From positions 19,406,001 to 19,470,000 of the forward strand of contig CM060733.1 of the NCBI GenBank assembly GCA_030704615.1: DNA of 64,000 nucleotides, given 5' to 3'. The notes under the pieces were generated by a model that searched no databases, was not told the DNA's origin, and saw only the letters and a list, made by a program, of their open reading frames with translations. This document shows, piece by piece, positions 12,279 to 25,770 of the stretch; position 1 is the stretch's first letter, and each line of letters starts with the position of its first letter. A program made the position numbers and the translations under genes. This DNA comes from Takakia lepidozioides. Taxonomy: Eukaryota; Plantae; Bryophyta.

Positions 12279-15200
12279 CTAATACTTGAAGGTGGGCAGT
12301 GGTGTTCCTTTGAGAAAGGAATTGAACAATGTAAGGGCTTGCGCTGGTTTATAAGCGGGAACTTGATGACCTGCACCTCTCACTGTTGCAAATGTCAAAC
12401 CCGCATATATCTCTGACCACCCTCCAACCTGCCATTCAATGCATGTTCATAACCGTTACAATACTTTGGGTATTATCATGTCCAACAGGGGTTACAATTC
12501 AGTTATCCACCACTTAAGGGTCGCCAGTCCAAGGTTTTATACAACACAGAATACACATTTCCACCTGGATGTTCAGTACGTGGACACCTCAACAAAATGT
12601 CTTGTGCTTCTATATGTACATTTGATATCCTATCTAGCTGTAAATCTATGATTTGTTTGTTAGTATGCGGGACTCAAGGGCTATGCTTAGTAATATTTTA
12701 GCGGCATGTCGAGGGGGAGTTTCACTTAAGGGTCTCAATCTGGTCAGTATTTAGTAGCGTGAGAACTGAAGATTAGGTAATTAGATATTGCAATGCACGA
12801 ACCTGATTGGAAAAGTTCCAAGGGTACCACGCAGTCTGAGTAGATAGGTCCAATTTCGCTAGCCAGGAGCGCGTCCCGACTGTGGATACAAGTGCATCTA
12901 CATCACCACTGCATGAATGGATGCCACAATGTTTGAATCTACGTCAGAACAACCTCTCTGTGCATGTTATACAGAATTCAAAATTTGTTTGATTATCTTT
13001 GTATGTATGAAAAGAATTGGAGACATCTCTTGTGGCACATTAGGCTCTTCAGCTAAGAGAATATTTTGGATATTGGCTCATAGTTCTAGGAGCGTCTTCT
13101 TTCTTCAAAAAATTACTATTTTATTTTGTCCCACGATTATAAGCTTTTTGAGATTTTGTAGGGTATTATAGGTTTAAATTGTTTTCTCCTTCTGAGTTAA
13201 TATGGTTTTGTTTCTTCCCGAAGTACCTCTTTTGAAGTCCCTTGGGGATTCCGACATGGACGCAATAAACATTATAGCCCATACTTTGCACTAGACTTAT
13301 TAATAAGCGGCTGATCACAGTTTGATAACCTAAAATAGTAGCGCTCATGTATGAGATGGTGAGATGTACCTGTACATCCAAATCTTGATACCCTTGGTGA
13401 GAAGGAAGCGATAGATGGGTATGATAGATTGTAATAAATCTGGTGTCGAGTAGTTGTTGAAAACTGTGTCACTGTGTCACCAAAAGAAAAACCATGGAAT
13501 AGTGGGTTTGCAAATTGAGAGAAAGTGTTAAAAACAAATTCTAAGGGATAAAAGAAATCTAATTAACAAGTTTGTTCCTTGGTCATTTTCTATGTCCAGA
13601 TCACTTACAGAACTTACTTTTAATATACTTGAGATTTCAGCAATTGCAAATCACAATCATCGACAACATCATGTAAGACATAATGAATCATTACTATCCG
13701 TAAGAAGCTAATTCTAAGGATCATAGACGACGGAACACGACGTGACTTTCATGAGGTTTTATAGTGGAGTGAAAGGGTCCAGTAGGTTTAAGGCCAACTG
13801 ATGCATACATCTCTCATCTAGAAGATAGTTAGACTATGCCCAATTCAATCCAGTGATCCATATATTAACCTGCATTCTTGCCATGAAATATCACTCCGAG
13901 CATGGAACGCAGCCTTCACTACAGGCGAATTAAGATATGGGACTACGTTGTCGGACGCACATGGATCCACTCCTACTCTACGGACCATTCCTTTCCTCTG
14001 ATCATAATCAAGTAAAACAGTTTAGTGTCTCTTGAGTATCTTTGAGGCCGTTTCCCAAATTACTAGATACATGCCCCCTTGACCGCCCCTTCGTTATATG
14101 CAGTTGTTGTATTGTAATTAAGAGTGTTCTTATAATCTAAACCCCACAGAAACCCATGCACATGATATCTGATCTAGATCATATAGTGTACAACTCTAGT
14201 GCGAAACAACTGATTTGAGAATTTGAAAATCACCAAAGAAAAAGCCGATCGAGTACTGTTGGTGGCTGGAGGGTTGCAATTTGGCCCGTAGATGTTATAA
14301 ATATTGATTTCTCTCATTTCCACATTTGAGGCATAGTCGCCATAATAATTACAAGTCGCATTCGTGGAAGAGCTAGGGCCCACCCAGTCTTCAGCGAAAT
14401 CACAGTTTGCTAAAATTTGTGTGTATGAATTGTTGGAGAGAAGAGAGTGGAAGTAATAGAATTCCGCTTCTCCAGGAATGTCTGAGGTGGGGTCTGTCCA
14501 AGGATTACCCACCTGAAAATTACAGCAAAATATTATCTATTTCTTAGAAAGAAATGGAACTTGTGATTATTAAACTTATAAAGTCTACCTGAGTTCCCTC
14601 AATGGGTCAAACTTGATAGCTAAATATTGGATCTGAAGGAAGCCGGAGAGGGTCGCTTACCACAAATCCTTTGAAGTTGAGTTTTGAACTTCCGTATTGT
14701 GCCTCATTATAGAGAATTATTTGTTGCGCCAGCTCTGGCAAATAATGTCCTGATGTCCCCATCCCCCAAGCTCCTCAATCGATGTTATCCAATTTACAAT
14801 CTAGATTGAAGGTGAGTGATACGTTAAAGACGTTATATAAGTTTTTTTTACGATTTTTGTATTTGACTCTTAAAGGAACAGAATTTATAAACGCCCGAAG
14901 ATCATTATTTATAAACAACAACCGACGTAGGGACACTGAGAGTGCAAAAGAATGCATTGTCAATACTTGACAAAGAATGATGCCAAAGAAATGATTCAAC
15001 ATTCTACTACTGAACTCCATGGCTAGGATTTCGGGCCATGAATCGGTGCCTGAACAAAAACGTAATACATGTATTCAATCGTACACCTACTAGAAAAGTA
15101 AGAGAGGCGTGCAAGGAGTTCATACAATATGACTGATGTGTATAAAAGGTATGTGCTCTAAAGAAATGAGAAATGAGTGGGGGGTACAGTTCCTACCACC

Positions 15201-16986
15201 ATAACTTTCACCAGTGAAGTAGAAGTCATTTGTGTGTACTCCAGATATTTCGCAAACCATCCAATTGTGAATGCGAGGTTGTCTTCCGCTGCAGTCAATT
15301 CATAAAATCCAACTTTAAAGCAATCATACGCTTTAAACAGAGAGGGCGTATTAGCTAGGATTAAATTCAGAATTATGAGAGCTCTACAAATGTTGATTTG
15401 TCCTCGTTCGCACGTGTGAAGTAGCATGTTGCAGAGGCGTGATTGATCAAAATGCGTACTTATCAGGATCAAAACAATTTACTATGGAATCAACAATAGA
15501 TTTGTATGAAGTATTTTCCTTCAAGGCTGCTTGAACCGCTAATTTACATCGTTAGAAAGAAAGAAATGCTTACATTGAACTATAAACTGTTGTTATCAAC
15601 AACAAATAACTATATTGGTGTCTCATTGGTGCTCACCGATTATTTGGTCAGTGAAGTTTTGGTAGTCGGACGTCGTGTTGGAATATGAGACGCCAACAGC
15701 CACAGGAGTCTCCACAAACACAATATTGGCCACTGTTGTGAACACCGCCAAAACACAACACCGCTCAATGATAAGTACCAGATCTAGAGAGTTGAAGGAC
15801 AATTGATGCCACATGAAACAGACATAGAGAGAGACATAGAGAGAGAATCGAAGGAGGCAAGCCAGAAAATGAGACGAACTTATGGACATTTAATTATGAG
15901 ACGTGCACATTAAGTACATATCATGTAAACACACAAATTGTGGCTACAACATGAAAAAAGTTGGGCAAGGCTTGGGGAAGAAGGGTCCCAACTCTCGGAA
16001 CGCTCCTAATGCTACCGACGAACATCCTGGCCCTGCATCCCAATGTCCTGAAAGATATAAGTCATATATAATATAAATACTGATGAATTGTACTGCCTAA
16101 ACATCTAATTGTTCCGTGCTTGAGATCATTCTTTTATCATCATCACTCGTATTTGCAGCTCTTTTGGGCAATTCAAAGATTATAATGAGATCAATCAGGC
16201 CCACTTTTAAGCCAACGAGGATCTAAATGACAAGTTGGAATATAACATATTGTCAAGTAGAAATTAGTTTAATAAAAAGTAAGAAAAATGAACAACTTTG
16301 GTCTCAAGCTCTTATCTGTTGAATGGCTTTTGAGAATAGCAGACTATGTTGGCTTATGCTCACGTAATATTCTTCCGTCAAGCTTTTAGTACATGATGAA
16401 AATGCACCAAAATATTTTATCGAAGTGGGTACGGAGTTTTCATATCAATGAGATTCTCAGCTTGATCAATGTGTCCAAAATGGTCCTTAGAAAACATACC
16501 AAATTTACCTTATTTTGAGTAACCAGTTATTTCAGCTAGAAACGACCTAGATACAATTTAAGAGAGCTGAAATTTGAGAAAGTTTTTCAAAAACTTAGAA
16601 ATTTCTTTGGTCACGCTTGCATGAAATTAACATAATTACTAGTTCCAAGATCCTCAACCCAAATCTTATCAAATCAACGGAAAATATCTTGTTTCCAATT
16701 TCTTCTATCCACAGCTCACCAATTACAAGAGTGAGATCTCACCTCCGCTGAACCAAAAAACAACAGGAAGCGATGCAGCATTGGAGTGGTCACCCTCCAC
16801 AAACCAGTAGAAGAATGCACGCCCATGACTTTCATTTACTGTGATGTAACCCGCATATTGCTTGAAGTTGACAGGCGGTTGTCCAGGTAGAGCTGTTACT
16901 AGATCTGGAGCATATGCCCCCAAGGCTTTTGGAATGAGAGTCGTTAATGAGAGCAAAAACATCCATGCCATGATCTTCACACCCAT
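12279..16986 (-). pseudogene. Serine carboxypeptidase-like (SCPL clade II, peptidase S10), 10 exons, apparently disrupted
   Basis: Signal peptide + LPGQP..FKQYAGY; GPGCSS; FVETPVAVGVSYSN; GESYGG (Ser); GNPWTD; DPC; KIWMYSGDVD (Asp); [10 protein letters not shown] (His); stop at 12279-12281. A 1-nt frameshift at ~15235 precedes GESYGG, and the second exon loses homology after GPFFP. Confidence 0.8.
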
Positions 16987-18679
16987 TTTGGTTGTGGTAT
17001 CTTTATGTGTCTCTACCACTACGTTACACGTATCATCACAATCCACCCAAAAATCTAGGGAGTCTAGTTACGGTACATCCCTAATGTTCGATCAGAAGCA
17101 CGATTGTAGACCGGTAGGAAAGAAGTTGAGTTTTATAAATGGGAAAGGTGTACTAATGAGGCTAGGCATAGATATTCCACCAACATTATATTCGAGCAAC
17201 TACATTCGCGACTTTGGCTCTATCCAAAGCTAGCACAACCATGATGTCTTCCCAAATTCAAAGTACTATTTCTGCAAATCCAAAGCTAAAACCATAACAA
17301 GAACGTGTGACATCCAAAATTTGTTACAATGTCCTACAAATAACCCACGCACTATCCAACGTCAAAAGATTCATGTTTCCCAACACTACAAAAAAATCGG
17401 TGTGTTTCATGGTAGTTCATATTCAATCATAATATCCAATCTATCTTATTATATATACTTTGATTATCTCTTACTTGTAGAAGATATTTAATACTACAAT
17501 TCGTATATGAAAGATAAACTATACTAAGGGTTTTAGACTACGAAACAAGACCAACAAACTTTTGGACCACTTTGAAGCCAGATCTTGGACCATATATGCT
17601 TATAAGAATATTAATATGAACAAAAAACTTAATTATGGATTAAAAAATGAATAAATAATAATATAGTAAATCCAAAAATATTTTTATTCCATTAATAATA
17701 CATTAGTGCCAACAAATTAGTCATATACCGTTTGTTTTGAGAACCATTCACATATATTGGATAAGTTGAAAGAACTTTGACTGTAATGTCGACATCCACA
17801 AAGAGTTATAAGAATAGAATTCAACAACAATTGTAAAGAGCTTAACCCTTAAGTGTCCAGGCCCATTTTCATGGCATGCTTTGAAAAAAAAACCCTAGCC
17901 CACTAAATCGTTTTTATCTCCCAGAGGTCTGAGTCCCTATAAAAGTGACCGTTGAATTTACTGCCCACCTACCCAAACTACCACCTCAAAAAATTTCAGC
18001 CATATCCAACTGCCAAATTAGAAGATTACAATTTGTAGATGTGGCCCAAAAAGAATCCTTCTTGGGACACTTGATGCCACACCTTCCCTAAAATTTTCGT
18101 TTTTTTCTGACTTGTTTTCGTGTGGCTGCTTTGTACTCACAAATTGGGGGGGGGTCAAAAAACCCAATGTGAAGCGGGCAGACCAACATTTGAGCTTCGA
18201 AAATTACGTAGGACACATCTACTGTCCAATTCTCAATTTCTTTTGTCCATGTCATCCTTGTATGCAAAGGTTGTTGTAGAAAAAAATTCAATCCAATTGG
18301 GAAAGGTTAGGCTATTTTCAGGCCCTGCCCGGTAATTCCTAGCCAACCTATATTTTTATATGTCGCCCTACTATATTTCGTACTCTAGCCCTTGTACTGA
18401 GTGGGTTTTGAGTCCGTTTCACCACTCATTCACAGGATGAAGTTAGCTTGTGGACCCCGCCATTGGGGCAAGTCCCTTTGAGAACCCCTTGCTCAGGTTT
18501 GGTGCCACCCCTTTCACCAGCCCATGTCCACTACCCACCCCACACCTTTATAACTATATTTGAACTTTTCTCACATCTCTAGAATTGTCCTTTCTAAGTT
18601 GAATGGGATTTTAAATTTGATTTTGACTTTTAAATAATAATTTTAGTAATTCCCAGACTATAAATTAAAATAACTATTA

Positions 18680-18759
18680 GCCATTTCAGAGGCTGGAATT
18701 GCAATTTCAGGGGTTGGAATGGCAAGGGTTGAAATTGCGATTCCAGCCTCTAAAATGGC
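18680..18759. repeat. Inverted repeat, 30-bp arms with 2 mismatches
   Basis: gccatttcagaggctggaattgcaatttca ... tgaaattgcgattccagcctctaaaatggc. Confidence 0.7.
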
Positions 18760-19549
18760 AAATTTCAGAATTCCTGATCCATGTGCTTCGGACTGAGCCT
18801 ACCTACCGCCCAATCCTCATGTGGCTACCATGCAGTGCATTCATGGGGTATTGGGATGCATGGGGCCCCGCCGCAGGGGTCACTATATGTTATTTTTCCA
18901 TATCACATGTGTACAAAGATATATTTATACTAGGCTATAATTTTATAATTTTGCATTTTTTTTCCCACCATATCTTTAGGTAATATTGTAAAACCCTTTG
19001 TTTCTTAATATCTTATTTTTTTATTAAAAAATTGTAACAATTAATTAGACCCTATTTTAAATTGTATTTTTAAATAATTGCAAAATTTCAAAGCATGTAC
19101 ACAAACAACATTCCATACATAAGTCAAATGCCGGACCTAAAGAAAAGTTTAATTTTCATTAGCCACGAACTCATTCAAAGCCGCAACATCACTTGGATAT
19201 GAAGAGTACAAGTTCTGAGATGGTTCAAATGTCATAGCCACTGTTGAGATTATGGTCTCAACATCAATCCACTCTCTATCACTGGAATCATATTTGAACT
19301 TCAGGTGACCTCTACCTTTACAGAACCAATTCAGAAACACCATAATCGAAGGACCCCAGATTTGGGGAGAGTTGAAAGAATGAAGTTTTGAGAAGATTAC
19401 ATCCTAATGGATTAGAGTTGGATGAAATATGATAAACTTCACAAGGATGGATACATTACACTGTAGATAAAACCCTTTATTACATTAATTTTTTAAATAA
19501 AACTTTGGATTTTTTGTGACATTTAAAAAAAAAAAACTGGGTGAAAAGA

Positions 19550-19665
19550 ATATTGCCCTACTATATTTTCTAAGTAAATTTTTTCTAAAATTTACCTCAA
19601 AAAAATAAACTACACCCTATATTTGTTCTCACGTGGTTTTGAAAATACGGGGAGTGACCCCCCCA
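19550..19665. mobile_element. Orphan terminus related to the MULE-type MITE at 9721-10480
   Basis: The reverse complement (ggggtcactcccc...cgtgagaacaaatatagggt) resembles that MITE's left end (gggaagtcacttcc...cgtgcgaaaaaatatagggt). Confidence 0.45.
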
Positions 19666-20516
19666 AGCTTATGCCAAAAAAACTAAGGTAAACCCAGATT
19701 GGGGGATCTTACTTTTGATTTCTTGTTCCATGGATTTGTGGTGTTAATCACTTTCCTCGCATGCTGTTGCTCATGCGTTTATCTTTCAGCCTGGACATGG
19801 TTATATTCGCAACCAGGAGGTAGCGGAGTGTGAAGGGCGCTTGCTGGGTTGATACATCAACTGAACTTTCCCCAAGATTGGCCAATGCCATTGCATGTAA
19901 GAGTTTTTTCTCCTACCTAATGAGCCTAATTTGACTCATATCGGAGTTAATCCCAGTAGGAATTGGATGGTCAAAGAAACTTGCACATGTAAGATTGACA
20001 TATTTTAGACTTGAGAAGAAGTCACGAACGATGATTATCTTCCCAAACGACTTACATTTAGGGGATGAATTTTGAAGACATCTCAGATTGCTATATCCAC
20101 CTCGACCTTGACTCTCAGCAACATAAGAGAATGATCCATCGTCCACAAGGATTTGCCCTCCCCTCGTAGATGCTCCATCCAAACACTTTTACATGGACAC
20201 GTTTTGGGTCATATCAAACTGTGAAATTACAAAGCATTGGTGATGCATACCCCATCATGCATGGAAAAAAATTATTTTCTCGACAATTTTTCGAGGGCAT
20301 TGGGGCAAACAAAATGATAGGTTTTTCCAACTACCACATTATCCACCGATAGTGGTGGACTCAGTTGTGAGTAATGACGTGACGTGTCGTGGCGTAAACG
20401 TGTCAAAGTCATGTCCAGAACTGACTTTATTTCGAGTAATCTTTTTATTTTATTTTTACTTTTATGCATCATATTTATCCCATGGACATGATGGCAGTCT
20501 ACGTGTACTGAATACG

Positions 20517-20760
20517 TATATATATATATATATTGCACCGGTGGGATGACCGTCGACCAACCGCAGGCGATGGACGACGGTGAGGCGACCGCCCGTCGAC
20601 ACCCGAGCAATCGGCGACGGTGGGGCGACTGCAATCCAATAGCTGAGTGACGATTTGGCGACGGCGGTTGCCAAAAATGAAAAAAGCGGCGACGGTGGGG
20701 CGACTGCAATCCAATAGCTGAGCGACGATTTGGTGACGGCAGTTGCCAAAAAGGAAAAAA
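20517..20760. repeat. (TA)n microsatellite followed by a GC-rich probable TE end containing a 75-bp direct tandem duplication
   Basis: cggcgacggtggggcgactgcaatccaatagctgag.gacgatttgg...gttgccaaaaa starts at 20612 and again at 20687. Confidence 0.7.
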
Positions 20761-21499
20761 GATTTAAAAAAAAAAGACTTATGGAGTGGTCATCCAAAAA
20801 AAGAAAAACGGGCAACCGTCGGAGCGGTCGGCCGAAAAAAGAAGAAAATGGGCGACTGCTATGAACAAAGCAAAAGATGAACGACTCCAGAAGTGGTTGC
20901 CAAAAAAAAGGAAAAAATGAGCATCCGCATAGTGGTCGCCCCGAAAAAAGACACTAACGAGATGACCGCTTTAACGATCGCCCAAGTTTTGGTAAAGATG
21001 GCCGATTGCCCAAAAAAATAATTTTGGGCGTGCAATACGCACCAAAAAAAACAAAAAAAAAACACTCATTTTGGCCGTTAATGCCAGCCAATCACGTGCA
21101 GGCTCAAGTGGAGGCTGGTTGGGGGTATGAAAGAGCACCACACTCCATCGTTCCCAATTTCTAATTTCTTATGAATCATGTTTAAAAAAAAGTCCATAAC
21201 GGTCTTTTATATGGACTATAACAAATTCTTATGGACTTTTGAAAAAATCCATAATTTCTAGCCATTTACTTTTTTGGTTATGAAACTTGGAATAGGGAAA
21301 ATATATGTAGTGGAACCTTCATAGCTTAGTCCTTTTTTACTATTAGCATTGTCATTTAGGACTATGATAATTTATAACTATTCAAGGTCCCAAAGAAACA
21401 GTGCAATGACACCATTTTTGGTTCACCGTAGGCTGCAACTAACCCGCGTGAGCCTATCAAACATGTCACTCCATAGAAGACCAAAAAGGATAGCGGAAA

Positions 21500-21625
21500 T
21501 TGAAAGAGAATGAGACTGAGTAGCTTGTGGCCAACAATCTATCCCTTAACGGTCGGGCAACAATCAAACTGATGTCCAGAAAGAAAATGGATTACCTCGG
21601 CCACTGGAATGTTCGTACAATGTCC
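21500..21625 (+). mobile_element. RTE-type LINE 5' fragment (start of AP endonuclease)
   Basis: MDYLGHWNVRTM matches the GTWNVRT motif that opens RTE/LINE endonucleases; homology ends immediately afterwards. Confidence 0.5.
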
Positions 21626-22540
21626 GTCCCCACATGTGAGAGTCATTTTGCAAAGCCAATAGAAGCTTGTCACCATGATGGAGACTCAACATGGTTCCTA
21701 TACAAGCACTCTTTTACCGAGGGGGAACACTCTAGGTTTCATATCTCACGCTGGTGTGCACTCTACATGCTCCATCAATTGACACTTATGTTTGTCTTTG
21801 CTGGGTAGTTCTATTACTAGCATGCCTTTGTAAAATGTAACCTCGTGATTCATTGGTTTTCGCACATCTAATGCTTGGCTAAGAAAATGCATCGCTATGT
21901 GGGGGATGCTAGAACATGAGCCTAGCCCCTTGAGCCTATGAGCACGTGAGCTTGGGCAGGCTCAGCAGTTCAAAGTGTTGGCCCCATTACCGTGGATTTA
22001 CATCTATTTTTGTGGATTTATTTTGAATTTCCACGGATTGTTGTCATTGTCGCGAAAATGGATGACTGTGGAAATAGATGATTGTTTTAGAATATGTGAA
22101 AGAGGTTTGTGTGCATAACTGTATTTTGAGGGAGTTCGCTCTGTGCACGACTATATGTGGATGGAATGCACATCAATAACAAACTTTAGATCCAATGTGA
22201 AAGTGAACGACACTATGAAAATCAACATCGAAACTATATACATAAACAAAGTCATGAGATTTACAATGTTTTTTATTTTTTTGGACAGCTTTCATGTTAT
22301 GAGACAGCTTAGGAAGGCCAAATTATATGTTTAGTGGAGACTGATGTAAATAGTACTCCAACTCTTGATGTAAGATGCAAGCCCTTGAAGGGACTTAGAG
22401 GAAGCTAACTAGATTAGCCGTAATTGCAAGAAAGTTGGTGCACCATCAATTGGGGAAAAATTAGGAACCGGTTGTCCGTCTGGAATGTCGACGATGACAA
22501 GTTCTGAAGCGAACTCCTTCTCCACACTGTTCACCCTGCA

Positions 22541-22823
22541 GGCCCTGGAGTTGAATGCGAGGGGCCCGGTTCCGCCAGCGTGGACCCCCCCCCCCCCCCA
22601 ACCCACGCCCACCCCCCGCTCCAACGCCCGCGCACCGCGCGGCACGCCCTCCCACGCCTCATGTTCCTGCTGCCAGGACATGAGACGTGCCCTCTCCCGC
22701 ATCCCCATCCCTCCTCCCATCCTGCCCTCATGCATGGCATCGCCCTCCATCCCCCATGCATGCCTTCATACTCCCCATGCTACATGGCATCCCAAGCATA
22801 CATCATGCCCTCTTTCAAAAATC
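22541..22823 (+). repeat. ~280-bp GC-rich module, copy 1 (inverted copy at 29197-29471)
   Basis: ggccctggagttgaatgcgaggggcccggttccgccagcgtggacccc ... atcatgccctctttcaaaaatc; about 90% identical by eye to the reverse complement of 29197-29471. Confidence 0.95.
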
Positions 22824-23199
22824 ATTCTGACATCTATTCAAATTTCAAATGGCAAATCTGAAGAAAAAATGGACGTTGGGATAAATGCCACATCGTCACA
22901 TACACTCCAACCCTAATCCAGGGTTATGCTACCCTCATCGTGCATTTCCTTGTACAGTAGTTCTCTCCATGCCTTCCAAACACGTCCCCACCCTGGCACT
23001 CTGCGTTCACCTTCCATATTGAATTGTGTTTGTATAGTGTTGCCCACATGAACATGTTGCATTGCATTGTAAATTGCAATCGTGTGGATGTCTGGCCCAC
23101 ATGAAGAAGTTTGGGCTTGCATAGGATCCAATTTGTTGTCTAATGCATGAATTTCCATTGCAGCTATACATGCCCACAATCTGCCAGCACCATGTGGTT

Positions 23200-25275
23200 G
23201 AATCTATGGCTGCCCAAGGGCCCACTGGTGGTTTTCACAGAGAAGTCCAAGATCACCAGACTTCAGACAGAAGTGCGCAAAGGAGGCACGTTGGATAGCA
23301 GGTTGGTTGAACCCTCCTTGGGTGAAAGCAGAGCTGGCTGCCATGATACAAGGTCTAGCACAGTGTGGTGATGCAAGGACATTATGTATGGCAGGGCGAC
23401 TGAAAGACGCGATGCACATTTTGAACCGCCCAAGACATTTCGGCAGACTCCGACACTTACGTCCGTCTCTTGCAGGAGTGCATCAACATGCAAGGCCTAG
23501 AAGAAGGAAAGCAGGTGCATGCCCACATTATCCGAACTGGGTTCAAGCCAAAAGTCTTCTTACTTAACACCCTTATGAACATGTACGCCAAGTGCAGGAG
23601 CATGCTGGATGCACGGTAAGTGTTTGACAACATGCCTAAACGAGTGATATTTACCTGGAATATAATGATAGCAGGATATGCCAATTATGGGTGCGGGAGG
23701 GAGGCAATTGAGATGTATGAGCAAATGATGCAGGAAGGGACGACACCCAATAAGGTGACATTTATATGCATTGTCAAAGCATGTGTCTGTCCGGCATCCT
23801 TGGAGAAGGGCAAAGGGGTCCATGCCGACATTATCAGAGCTGGGATTGCACCAGATGTGATTCTGGAGACTATCCTTGTTGACATGTATGCCAAATGTGG
23901 GAGCATGCAGTATGCGCGTCAAGTGTTCGATAATTATACTCATCATGGGTATGGAGGCTTTTGAGATGTATGAGCAAATGATACAGGAAGAGGTGACTCC
24001 GGACAAAGTCACTTTCATTTGCGTTCTCAGGGCGTGTGGCAGCCTAGCAGCCCTGGAGAAGGGCAAAGAGGTTCATGCTAACATTATCAAATGTGGAATT
24101 CCACTGGATATCATCCTGGAGACTACCCTCACAAACATGTACGCCAAATGTGGAACATAAAGGATGCGCTTGAAGTGTTTGACAACATGGCTGAGCGTGA
24201 TGTTGTGTCATGGAGCAAAGAACTGCATGCTGAGATAATCAAAGCTGGAATCCCAACATATGTCATTCTGGACACTGCCCTTGTTAACATGTATGCAAAA
24301 TGTGGGAGCATGGAGGATGCCATTCAACTGTTTGACAATATAGCTCAACGGAATGTGGTTTCATGGAATGCGGTGATTGCAGGATGTGGTCAGCATGGTT
24401 GTGCCAAGGAGGCCCTTCAACTATTTGAACAAATGCAAGAGAAAGGGTTGAAGCCAAATAGTGTCACATTTATTTGTGTTCTCTATGCATGTAGCCATGT
24501 AAGCCGAGTGGATGAGGGTTGTCACTACTTTTCATTACATGAATCAAGTTCATGGCCTTGCTCCTACAGCGGAGCATTATGGCCGCATGGTGGACCTTTT
24601 TGTGCGTGCGGGAATATTGGTTGATGCAGAGGAGTTTGCAACATAATGCCTATCAAACCAGGTGCTTCAGTGTGGGGGGCCTTGCTTGGTGCCTGCAGAA
24701 TTCATGGCAATGTGGAGCCGAACGTGTGGCAAAATGCCTCCTGCAGTTGAATCCGCATGAGGCTACGACTTATGTGTTGCTATCAAACATCTATGCTGCA
24801 GCTGGCAGGTGGGTTGATTAAGCAAAAGTGAGAAAAATGATGCAAGACAGAGGTGTAAGAAAAGAACCAAGGCACAACTACATTGAGGTGGACAACCGGG
24901 TGCACACATTCGTTGAAGAAGAAAATTCACATCCACATGATTGAGGAAATTCATGCTGAGCTGAAGAGATTGTCTATGTGCATGAAAGAGGCTGGGTATG
25001 TACCTGACACACAGTTTGTATTGCATGATGTGGAGGTGGAGCTAAAGGAAGTTTCTCTTTGTCACCACAATGAGAAGCTGACGATTGCTTTTGGGCTCAT
25101 GAGCATCCCCCCTGGGATGCCCATCCGTGTCATCAAAAACCTACGGGTGTGTGGTGACTGCCACACCGCTACCAAATTCATATCAAAGATTGTTGGTCGT
25201 ACAATTGTTGGGCGGGATACCAACCGCTTTCACCACTTCCAAGATGGGGATTGCTGTTGTGGGGATTACTGGTGA
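23200..25275 (+). pseudogene. PLS-class PPR protein with E and DYW (PG-type) domains; organellar C-to-U editing factor pseudogene
   Basis: Repeated MYAKCGSM.DA..VFDNM.ERDVVSWNAMIAGY motifs; E domain; DYW domain HNEKL...[10 protein letters not shown]...[14 protein letters not shown]. In-frame TAA at 23617 and 24819 plus several frameshifts; no introns evident. Confidence 0.9.
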
Positions 25276-25479
25276 AAACAACAACAAGTGTGTTGCCTCA
25301 AGCAAGTAATAAACAAGTGGTTCATTGAAAACATCTCAACTGTCCTGTGAGCTACCCGTATAATCTCTTTGCCACCGAAAACTTTAAAGTGATTCATTCA
25401 TGGTGATTATTGCCATCCATGTGCAACACTGAAGTGCCATATTTATGGCAGGCCTTATTGCAGAGCAGTGTTGATTCAT

Positions 25480-25770
25480 CCATGCCGACGATCACCATCA
25501 CAGACATTATCGAACAGTTGGAGTACCAAACTGACGGGAAGCTTCATTGCAGGGGAGAATGAATTACCAAACAGCTGCAGTATTGGATTGCAGGGTGTGT
25601 TAGTCCATCATGGTGATAGTCACCATCTGTGTACATCATTCAAACAGCTGGAGCACCAAATTCGCGGAAAGTCTTATTGGGGCAAAGTGTTGATTTATTC
25701 ATGGTGATGATCATCATCCGCGTACATCAGCCAACAGTTGGAGTACTGAATTTGTGGAAGCCAGGTGTTA
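25480..25770. repeat. Degenerate direct repeats (3 copies, ~90-130 bp spacing) downstream of PPR copy A
   Basis: Core tcaccatc...tacatca...aacag(t/c)tggag(t/c)ac recurs near 25492, 25620 and 25711. Confidence 0.55.

Noticed and set aside
17842-17860. TTAA-CCCTT piggyBac-like left end
   Set aside because: No matching right end (AAGGG-TTAA) found downstream.
19700-20350. FLYWCH/MULE transposase-like fragment on the minus strand
   Set aside because: Only a vague resemblance; no catalytic motifs visible.
22409-22916. Pro/Gly-rich ORFs over the 280-bp module (also 29100-29557)
   Set aside because: Open on both strands and in several frames because of GC content, and the poly-C length differs between copies; not credible proteins.
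23617-23619. TAA (from CAA) in PPR copy A as a U-to-C editing-correctable stop
   Set aside because: The gene is nuclear and also has frameshifts; ordinary C-to-T decay explains it.
24850-25275. DYW:KP-type (U-to-C) editing domain
   Set aside because: PG-box-like sequence and a canonical DYW terminus indicate the C-to-U class.
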